This document shows, one piece after another, positions 23,460 through 32,732 of a stretch of 64,000 nucleotides of DNA (positions within the stretch are counted from its first letter, which is position 1; the number at the start of each line of letters is the position of its first letter). This DNA is from Felis catus. Its lineage: Eukaryota. The position numbers and the translations under genes are program-made. The stretch is taken from NCBI RefSeq assembly GCF_018350175.1, contig NC_058368.1, positions 102,364,001-102,428,000 of the forward strand. The letters run 5' to 3'. Below the pieces are notes generated by a model. That model had not been told where the DNA came from. It ran no database searches and saw only the letters and a list, made by a program, of their open reading frames with translations.

Positions 23460-24650
23460 GGGAAATTGAAAATGACCATAAAATACCATTTCTTACTCAT
23501 CAGGTAGGAAAAAAACGAAGAAGTCCAATAATGTCAAATGTTGGTCAGGACGCAGAGAAACACAGACTTTTATATACTGCTAAAAAGAATTTATTTTAGA
23601 GGATCTCTTTTGCATTGTTGGTGGGAATGCAAGCTGGTGCAGCCACTCTGGAAAACAGCATGCAGGTTCCTCAAAAAACTAAAAAGAGAACTACCCTACG
23701 ACCCAGCAATTGCACACTAGGCATTTATCCAAGGGATACAGGTGTGCTGTGTCGAAGGGGCACATGCACCCCCATGTTTATAGCAGCACCATCGACAATA
23801 GCCAAGGTATGGAAAGAGACCAAAGGTCCATCGATGGATGAATGGATAAAGAAGATGTGGTATGTATATACAATGGAGTATTACTCGGCAATCAAAAAGA
23901 ATGATATCTTGCCATTTGCAACTACGTGGATGGAACAGGAGGGTATTATGCTCAGTGAAATTAGACAGTCAGAGAAAGACAAAAATCATATGACTCCACT
24001 CATATGAGGACTTCAAGAGACAAAGCAGATGAGCATAAGGGAAGGGAAGCAAAAATAATATAAAAACAGGGAGGGGGACAAAACAGAAGACTCATAAATA
24101 TGGAGAACAAACTGAGGGTTACTGGAGGGGGTGTGGGAGGGGGGATGGGCTAAATGGGTAAAAGGCACTAAAGAATCTACTCCTGAAATCATTGTTGCAC
24201 TCTATGCTAACTAATTTGGATGTAAATGTTAAAAAATAAATACAAACAAAAAATAAAAAGATTTTGGCAAGACCTGCTCAAGCTAAAGACGTACGTACCC
24301 TGGAATCCAGAAACTCCGCCACTGGGTATCCACCCAAGGGAAACTCTCACTGTTTTACGCCACAAAACATGCACAGAGATGTGTGCTCTAGCACTTTTTG
24401 CAAGAGTGAAATAGTGAAAAACCATCTGTTCCTTGGGAAAGATAAATTGAGGCATAGTCTACGACATTCAAAATAGGTACAAGTATCGACATAGAGAGAT
24501 ATCAAAAATATCTCAACAAATTTTTAAAAAAGCAAGTTCGGAAAGGCTACATGCAGTATGACGCCACCTGTTATAACCCTAACACACAATGTATATGTTG
24601 GTTAGGATACGGACCTATGTGGTAGAAAATACAAGACACACACGAGACAG
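23460..24650 (+). mobile_element. Ancient L1 (L1ME-like) ORF2 3' region interrupted by a younger L1
   Basis: aatgtcaaatgttggtcaggacgcagagaaac...; resumes at ~24256 as ttttggcaagacc...actccgccactgggtatccacccaagggaaac. Confidence 0.6.
23599..24253 (+). mobile_element. 5'-truncated carnivore L1: ORF2 C-terminus (frameshifted), 3' UTR and A tail
   Basis: Peptides [23 protein letters not shown] and GIYP..CTPMFIAA..MDEWIKKMWYVYTMEYYSAIKKN..PFATTWM match the L1 ORF2p C-terminus in two frames; approximate TSD taaaaaga(a/t)ttt. Confidence 0.95.
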
Positions 24651-24659
24651 ATACACGGT

Positions 24660-25380
24660 AGAGTCAGTGGATGAGCTTGGGCGGCCGGACGACAGAAAAT
24701 CCAAAGTAATAGTAGCTTAAAGGAATGAGAATTTCATTTGTTTGTCAAAGTGAAGTCCAGGTGAATTGCTCAGGGTTGTAAGAGCAACTCAGTGAGCAGA
24801 AGACAACAGGGCTTTGCTATCTTACGACTTCACCTTTCTTAGCACACAGCTTCCATCTGGTTTTCCATGACAGCACCTGTCATAATGGCCACATTCCAGC
24901 TGGCATAAAGGGGTGGGGGGGGGGGATCAGGCCCCCTTTCCTTTAAGTACTCTACCTGGGGCGGGGAGTGACTGGGTGACTCATCGGTTAAGCCTCTGAC
25001 TCTTGATTTCGGCTCAGGTCATGACCTCGTGGTTCGTGGGTTCCAGCCCCGCATCAGGCTCCCCAGTGGCAGTGCGGACCCTGCTTGGGATTCTCTCTCT
25101 CCCTATCTGCCCCTCCCACATGCGCGCTCTCTCTCTCTCTACCTCTTGCCCACTCAAAAAATAAACAAATAAATGTTTACCATGTTGAAAAAAAAAAAAA
25201 GGATTCTACCAGGAAGTTGTGCATGTAACTTCTGCTTTAATTCCACCGGGCAGCGTTTAGTCCCATGACAATATATGAGAAATGCAGTGTTTAATTTAGG
25301 CAAACATATGCCAGACTAAAAATCAGGGGTTACTTCTGCAAAGGAGGGATGGGGAAGAGACGGTAGGCGGACCAAAGCTG
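24660..25380 (-). mobile_element. Old MaLR LTR (MLT1J/K-like) interrupted by a SINE
   Basis: gacagaaaatccaaagtaatagtagcttaaa...acttctgctttaattccaccgggcag...gagaaatgcagtgttt motifs typical of old MLT1, antisense. Confidence 0.55.
24964..25200 (+). mobile_element. Older Can-SINE
   Basis: Head, CT tract, A tail. Confidence 0.88.
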
Positions 25381-25544
25381 TTATGTGCGAAGTCAAATGC
25401 CTTGTACGCTTTAAGGAGACATTTGAAGCAAATAGGACATATTGTTGGCATCTGCCTCATCTTTGCGGTAAGTACCCAGGTGTCAGTCCCATGATTTGTT
25501 CCACTTTGCTGTTCCTTTGAAACTTTCATGACTTGACAGTCTTT

Positions 25545-25771
25545 AACCGTATTTTTTTATGTTTATTTATTTTTGAGAGAAAAAGAGAGACCGAGAAAGA
25601 GAGAGTGAGTGGGGGAAGGTCAGAGGGAGAGAGAGAGAGAGAGCCAGAGGATCCCAAGCAGGCTCCAGGCTCAGAGCAGAGAGCCAGATGTGGGTATCGA
25701 ACTCACAAACCATGAGATCATGACCTGAGCCCAAGTCAAATGCTTAAACTATGAAGCCACTCAGGTGCCCC
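25545..25771 (-). mobile_element. Can-SINE, intermediate age
   Basis: Antisense copy; degenerate TSD catgacttgacagtcttt/catgagttgaaatgtttt. Confidence 0.88.
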
Positions 25772-25805
25772 CATGAGTTGAAATGTTTTCAAGAAAACGT
25801 GGGAT

Positions 25806-26039
25806 GGGGCGCCTGGGTGGCGCAGTCGGTTGAGCGTCCGACTTCAGCCAGGTCACGATCTCGCGGTCCGGGAGTTCGAGCCCCACGTCAGGCTCTGGGC
25901 GGATGGCTCAGAGCCTGGAGCCTGTTTCGGATTCTGTGTCTCCCTCTCTCTCTGCCCCTCCCCCGTTCATGCTCTGTCTCTCTCTGTCGCAAAAATAAAT
26001 AAACGTTGAAAAAAAAATTTAAAAAAAAAAAAAAAAAAA
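25806..26039 (+). mobile_element. Young felid SINE
   Basis: Full copy; TSD aagaaaacgtggga at 25791-25804 and 26040-26053. Confidence 0.97.
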
Positions 26040-26051
26040 AAGAAAACGTGG

Positions 26052-26228
26052 GAGAAGAGCCAAAGCATAAGAGACTCTTAAAAACTGAGAACAAACTGAG
26101 GGTTGATGGGGGGTGGGAGGGAGGGGAGGGTGGGTGATGGGCATTGAAGAGGGCACCTGTTGGGATGAGCACTGGGTGTTGTATGGAAACCAATTTGACA
26201 ATAAACTTCATATATTGAAAAAAAAAAA
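26052..26228 (+). mobile_element. Young felid L1 3' terminal fragment
   Basis: gagactcttaaaaactgagaacaaactgagggttgatgggg...gacaataaacttcatatattg plus A tail; flanked by aaaacgtgg. Confidence 0.92.
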
Positions 26229-27736
26229 AAAACGTGGAACATACAGGAAAAGACTAAAGAAGACGAACCATTGGCCGTAGCTCCCCAGACATGTATACGG
26301 AGCCATGCAGGTTATGTTTTTACACACATGTGCCTTTAATACTTATATATGCTGCGACGTGGTTTTTTTTTTCATTTATTATATCACAAGCATTTTCCAT
26401 GTTTTTAAAAATTCTTTTAAAATGTCATATTCAATGACTGCCGGGTAATCCATCATGAGGATGTGTCACAATTTAATTAACCCCTGTGCTGAACATAAGA
26501 AATTTTAAATGAATTTTACATTGAAGAATTTTAAACGTGCGCATCTTAACCTGTGTCTCTGCGTCTCCACATATTATTGTACTTTTGAAGGTAAACGTAA
26601 TTATTTATGTCCCCGTTCATTTGTAGTTCTAGCTCACAGCAGAAGCGATTGGTGCTTTCCTAAGAGATCCTGGTTTCCTTGGGTTCCCTAGTACCTGTTC
26701 CAGACAAAGTCTTTGGGCCACATTTCTGACAATCAAGTGCAATCCCCTAAGACCCGGTTCTCCCTGCGTCTTTTCCTGACTCTCACAGAATTTCCATTGA
26801 TTTCGTGAGAGTCTCACGTTCATTGGGAGTCCACAGACATCAGAGAGATGCACATCCAGGAGGCTGCTCCCCTGGGATTAGCAAGAGCCTGCAGCATTCT
26901 GTGTTCCCATTTCTGCAAGACCAGAACTCCTGTCCTAGACCAGCCTAATCCCACGAGACCACCACCACCGATGAGAGGGGCTTTGAAAGCAAGATTTGGG
27001 CACACTTGGTGAGTATGACCAAGGGGTTCTCTCTTTTTTTTTCATGCCACATTTGATTCTATCCATGAGAAGAATGACTTTCTTCCTCTCCCATGCATTT
27101 TTAGTGGCATTCCATCTAGACAATGCATAATGGATACCTTCTGTAACCCCTCTAATGGATTGTGCTTTGTCACGGAGCCTTCCAATCAAACTTTAGGACC
27201 CCGTCTCGATACTTATCACCAGGAACCAGACTTTGGTGATGCATTTTCCACCTGAGTCAAAAGGATAGCATTACTACACATCCTGAATCATCTATTTGTG
27301 GAGAAACGCCCCCCCCCCCCCCCCCCGCCAAGTGATTGATTCACTCATTCGAAAAAAAAAAAAAAAAAAGTTGTTAAGTACTCTGTGTGCCTCGCGTCTG
27401 ATGCTCCAGAAATGCACAGGCTAAATGTGAGAGGTGGATTAGGTAAGGACACAATTAAGACGGCCCAACACCTAAGTAACCTAAAAAGAAGGTGGTGAGG
27501 GGGGTATTAATGTGAGTGAGTAACGCAAAGACCTGGCCCTTGTCCCTGATGCACACATTATTAAGCAGGTCCACTAAAACAAACACCTTGACTCACAAGT
27601 TCTACCCAGTAATTCCATGGGAGCCTGCATCCCACGCAGGAACCTCCCTTCTCCTTCTGGCTCCTTTCCCAGAGATGCCTAACTGGCACTCCATCCTCAT
27701 CACCGTATGGTTCATTTCAAGATAAAAATAACTTTG

Positions 27737-27950
27737 GGGGCACCTGGGTGGCTCAGTCGGTTAAGCGTCCGACTTCGGCTCAGGTCATGATCTCACGGTT
27801 CGTGGGTTCGAGCCCCGCGTCGGGCTCCGTGCTGACAGCTCGGAGCCTGGAGCTCACTTTGGATTCTGTGTGTGTGTCTCTCTCTCCCTGCCCTTCCCCT
27901 GCTCGTGCTCTCTCTCTCTCTCAAAAATAAATAAACATTAAAAATTTTTT
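27737..27950 (+). mobile_element. Felid SINE, intermediate type
   Basis: Full copy. Confidence 0.92.
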
Positions 27951-28597
27951 TTAATTTAATTTTTGGTGTCCCCATTCCTTCACAGTTCTAACTGATGGTG
28001 CCTGTAATAGATTCTGACTGCATGGCCGTCACAACCCCATTCTTAGGGGTGTGTTTTCTACGAAAACACCCTCTCGGTCATGTGGCAGCCCACGTTTGCC
28101 CTGTCTTTCCACTACCGTCCCCCCAGAGCCCACCCCAGAAGCGGGAAGAAGGATTCTACAATAAGATTTCTACACGAACAGACTGAATAAATTCAGAGCA
28201 TGCTTGAATGATCTTTAACCAGGGTTTTTTGTTGTGTTGTTTTGTTTTAAAGGGACGTGGAAGGGGAAGGCCGTGGTAAAGGCTCAGTAAACATGTGCTG
28301 AGTGAAAGAACAAATAAATCAATTACTATGCTTCTAGATGCCCCTCAGCAGAAGGCTGAGCACACAGTTTTCAATAAATTGGCAATTGATTTCCATCCAT
28401 GTTACAGAACTTTGAATGTATCAACACTTTTTTTTTTTTTTAACCAGGTATCCTCTTCCTAGTGACTTAGCGTGGTGATTTTTACTTTATTTATCTTCAA
28501 TTAGGGATGAAAGGCAGCACCTTTGCAGAACTGGTACTGAGATCGAGCTCCCCATTACAAGGTAAGAGATACAGACCTTTGTTAAAGAGAATCTCTA

Positions 28598-28805
28598 GGG
28601 TCGCCTGGGTGGCTCAGCCAGTTAAGCATCTGACTTGGGCTCAGGGGAGGCTCTCCTGATTCTCGAGCGCCACATCAGGCTCGGCGCTGAGGGTGTGGAC
28701 CCTCTCTCTCTGCCCCTCCCCAACTTGTACTTTCTCTCCCTCTCGAAATAAACTTTTAAAAAATGTTACAGATAGTTAATCAGTTAATTAGTTAATTAAT
28801 TTAAA
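28598..28805 (+). mobile_element. Older Can-SINE with internal deletions
   Basis: gggtcgcctgggtggctcag head, short CT tract, AT-rich tail. Confidence 0.8.
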
Positions 28806-29039
28806 AAAACCCCTAGCCCAGTCCAAGGTTCTCAGATGGCTCACTGAGGGCAGGACTCATTACTACTGGAACCTCGTCTCCCTAAAGAATGCAAAAAGGT
28901 CCTTCACTGCGTCCCCTGACGGTAGCTCTCTTGAGTCAGAGGTGCAGCACATTATTACAAGGTACCCAAAGGACAAGATAAAGTCCCCCCAAACGGATCC
29001 ATATGAAGGTTTGCCCCCAGACAGTCTTCCCTTCCTCAC

Positions 29040-29450
29040 CCTCCGGGCTGAAGTGCGTCTCCTCAAAATTCATACACTCAAGTCTCGGCCACCCAGCTCC
29101 CCAGAATCTGACTGCATTTGGAGATGGTCTGGAGTGTAATTCAGTTAAGGCGAGGGCATCAGAGCGGATCCTGATCCAGTACGAGTGGTACCCTTATAGG
29201 AAGAAAGGAGATTGGGACACAGACGTGCGCACACGCAGGGGAGAGACCACAGGAAAACCGAGGAAGCAGACAGCCATCCACAGTCCAAGCAGAGGGGCTG
29301 GGGGGGGGGGGGGGGCGGAAAACACAACCCCGTCAAACACCTTCATCTCAGACCTGTAGCCTCTGCAACTGTGAGAAAATTAATTTCTGGCGCCTAAGTC
29401 TCCCAGTGTGTGCTACTTTGTTACGGCTGCTCTACTGATGTGCGAATACA
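29040..29450 (+). mobile_element. MaLR solo LTR (MLT1A/B/C-like)
   Basis: gggctgaagtgcgtctcctcaaaattcata...gcatttggagat...caccttcatctcagacctgtagcctctgcaactgtgagaaaattaatttct...tttgttacggctgc...aataca. Confidence 0.8.
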
Positions 29451-29539
29451 TCTCCCACGGAAACCCTCTATCTGAACTGCGCCTTACAGTACCGAGCAGC
29501 TGGACACGTGCTAACAGGGTTTGAAAATGGTACTCCCGT

Positions 29540-29757
29540 GGGCGCCTGGGTGGCTCCGTCGGTGAAGCGTCAACTTGGGCTCGGGTCACGATCTCACGGT
29601 CTGGGAGTTCGAGCCCCGCTTCGGGCTCCGGGCTGGCAGCCGCGAACCCGGAGCCTGCTTCGGATTCTGGGTCTCCCTCTCTCTCTGCCCCTCCCCCGCT
29701 CACTCTCTGTCTCTCCAAAATGAATACATGTTCAAAAAAAAAAAAATTAGAAGGAAA
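29540..29757 (+). mobile_element. Felid SINE with many AT-to-GC substitutions
   Basis: Full copy; degenerate TSD aaaatggtactcccgtg/aaaactggtataccagtg. Confidence 0.9.
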
Positions 29758-31321
29758 AACTGGTATACCAGTGACCCAGAGATGGCATACCTGCCCAAAT
29801 CAGCTGCACTGCCCCCTGCTCCTGAAAGGGCAGCGCTGAACAGTAACTCCCCCGTCCTCCGCCTCTTACTCTCTATCACACCGCGATGCCCACAGTGCAA
29901 GATACAACCTGTAATGATCCGGTTTGTTGTCTGTCTCCTCTAACCAGACTAAGCTCCACCAAGGCCGGGGCTCCTCTCTGTGTCCCCGCTGCCACGCACA
30001 ACGCCTGCCACGGAGGAAAATAGACTTGCTGAAGGGGTCTACTCTATGCCGTTGTGTTGAACCCTGTCAATGGGCACAAGGTCCATCTTTGACACGTTAA
30101 CCCCGCCATGGGTTCTCCTGTTGTCTTCTCTTTGGATTGCAATTCGCTGAGCTCTGGAATCCCGCCCGAGAAACCTGGAAGTGACTTCTGAAAAGCAAGT
30201 TGAAGCGAACGCCAGAGCGTCCCTCAAGGGGCGCGAGTCCGCCTGACAGCAGCAGCTGAATGCTGTTCAATGAGGGGGGCCGGGCAAGGTGGGGGTACAG
30301 GACGGGAAACCCATCAGAAGAATGACACGGCATTCAGGCGAGTGTTAAAAATGAAGCGTGTGTTATATAAATAATAAAATACGCCCAACTGTGCATATTC
30401 AGTTGTAATTCGATCTCTGGCTTTTTCTGACATTGATAAACCACGCAGAGCCTCCTGCTCGTGGTTTCTGACTCCACGACTTACCCCTCTCTGTGGAATT
30501 CCTACCGTAATATTACTAGGTACTTATTATTAAGTATTATTATTAGCACTGATTAGTTCTGTATTCTGCAGGTGAGAAAAACAGGGGATGGGATGAACTG
30601 GACCGCCCCAGATTTTGCTCGAAACTACGTTTAGCCAGGCAGGAAGGTACAAACGTGTACTTGTAAATGACGCAACAAGGAGCAGGTGGAGCGAGTGAAG
30701 TTTCTGGGTCCCGGGTTATATCAGTAAATTCAGTGAAATCTATCAGAGCCGTGGAGAGCTCACGATGTGGGCGTCAAGTGTTCAGGTCTTGCAGCCGCAA
30801 TTTTCTCGACTCATTCTCGGCGAGCAAATGCACCTCCCCCCCCAGCCAGGCGGCCAGTGGACAACTGGACCAGGGTACAGGTAGCACCGTGGGTTGCTCT
30901 GAACTCCAGGGAACCGCGTTTCCATCCTCAGTGTAAAACAACCCTAACAGCAGAGATACCCCTTCAGGCTTCTCACCACGTGATCAAGAGGCTTCGCAAG
31001 ACTTCTCTTTTGAAAGCTAGCTATGCTTCTAACTCGCCCTCTGCGGTCAAGGCTTTCAATTCCAGCTTACAGTCCATCCCTGGGCTCTGATTTGGGCAGG
31101 GCATCTCGAGGGGCTCGCAGAATAAACATGAGCTCACTCTCGCTCGCACCTATTCACCAGATTAGCATATGGCTCCCAAGTCCCCTGATCCTCCTCCTCC
31201 CCCTCCCCCTCCTCCCTATCTGGTTTATTCTCTGGGGGGCAATAGGGCATCTGCTGAAGCTACTCAAAGTGCTGGGTGGTTCTGCCCCAAAGCACTTAGC
31301 TAAATCAGAGGAAAGGAATCT

Positions 31322-31338
31322 CAGCTGCCTAAAAATAG
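31322..31338 (+). promoter_or_regulatory. E-box (CAGCTG) adjacent to a canonical MEF2 site (CTAAAAATAG)
   Basis: cagctg 31322-31327 and ctaaaaatag 31329-31338 in unique sequence; motif match only. Confidence 0.5.
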
Positions 31339-31592
31339 CCATGGAGCATTGATTTTTTTTTTTTCTCACTTCTCTAGACACCCTCCTCCCATCCCCACCA
31401 TTCACTTTCACTTCAGCACGTTTTCCACTGAAATCAAGAGAAGAAGGTTGAGGAGAAGCAGAGGGTCAGAAATTAAAGCAGGAAAGGAAGGCGACAGAGA
31501 GACACAATCCAAGACAGGAATCCCCAATAGGTCAAAACACTCATTTCCCACCACTGGGGCCAGCTGGGGATGGTTGCTCACCCCCACAGTGG

Positions 31593-31594
<2 letters not shown>

Positions 31595-31636
<42 letters not shown>
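31595..31636 (+). repeat. (CA)n microsatellite
   Basis: ~21 AC units. Confidence 0.95.
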
Positions 31637-31639
<3 letters not shown>

Positions 31640-31995
31640 TGGTCTTGCAGAAGTGCTGCACACACAAAGCAGCCCAAGTATCCGGCATCCTGGATGCTCA
31701 TTGGACATCCTGGATGCTCAAGGTCAGTCTGTACCCTTCACGCCGCAACAGCAGAAACATCGCTCACTTCTAACTGAGGGTTTTCTCCTTTTCAAAAAAC
31801 ACTCACCAAGAACAGGGCTTGAACGTAGAAACACGAAACTGCTAACAACAGTTTATCCCTGAGGGCTGGGGTGGAAGTTAGAAGGAGATTCTTTGACTTT
31901 TTATTTTGCATCTCTTTATGAAAAGCATCAGGGTCATAAGTGGTTTTTACTTCCTTTTGCGTTTTCCAAGCTGTCCATAAGAAATCATCTCCTTA

Positions 31996-32188
31996 GGGGC
32001 GCCGGGGTGGCTCAAAGTTTAAGCGTCCAACTGTTGATCTCGGCTCAGATCAAGATCTCACAGTGCCTGAGTTTGAGCCCCGTGTCAGACTCTGTGCGAG
32101 CACAGAGCCTGCATATGATTCGCTGTCTCTCTCTCCCTTGGCCCCTCTCCCCTGCTCATGCTCTCTAAAATTTTAAAAAATTAAAAAA
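31996..32188 (+). mobile_element. Older Can-SINE
   Basis: ggggcgccggggtggctca head, CT tract, tail. Confidence 0.85.
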
Positions 32189-32239
32189 GGAGAAAGATGC
32201 TTTCCCAGACAAGACCATATCTAATATTCTGAACAGCCC

Positions 32240-32470
32240 AGGGTGGGTACGGCTGAGGATTCAGGGTCACTCAGACTTGGGTTGTGATCCCTTTTCCCCC
32301 ATCTACCAGAGGTGGAATCCTGAGCAAGTGATATAACCTGCACCACGGACATAATTGGATAATAAAATCCAATATGTGAGGTTCCTGGGAGAATTGCAGC
32401 AAATACAACATATTAACCCTCATAATAATGCGTGGTACATGACAAGCACGCGGTAATTAGAAGTTACCAT
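32240..32470 (+). mobile_element. MIR
   Basis: cagacttgggttgtgatcc...tgagcaagtgatataacct...gaggttcctgggagaatt...gcgtggtacatgacaagcac. Confidence 0.6.
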
Positions 32471-32503
32471 CGTTGTAACGATCATTATTATTTAAAAAGT
32501 TAG

Positions 32504-32732
32504 GGGGCGCCTGGGTGGCGCAGTCGGTTAAGCGCCCAACTTCAGCCAGGTCACGATCTCGCAGTCCAGGAGTTCGAGCCCCGCGTCGGGCTCTGGGCTG
32601 ATGGCTCAGAGCCTGGAGCCTGTTTCCGATTCTGTTGTCTCCCTCTCTCTCTGCCCCTCCCCCGTTCATGCTCTGTCTCTCTCTGTCCCAAAAATAAACG
32701 TTGAAAAAAAAATTTTTTTTTAAATAAATAAA
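32504..32732 (+). mobile_element. Young felid SINE
   Basis: Full copy; TSD taaaaagttagg. Confidence 0.96.

Noticed and set aside
23615..24007. 130-aa ORF with real protein similarity
   Set aside because: Frameshifted C-terminal fragment of L1 ORF2p in a 5'-truncated element; not a host gene
27309..27369. Long C and A homopolymers (also G runs at ~24915, ~29300 and ~56928)
   Set aside because: Simple low-complexity runs whose lengths are error-prone; no further structure seen
30550..30580. ttctgcag|gtgaga as a recursive splice site (also ttttacag|gtgagg at ~39048)
   Set aside because: Both match the antisense MIR core (ttttacagatgaggaaa) and have short pyrimidine tracts
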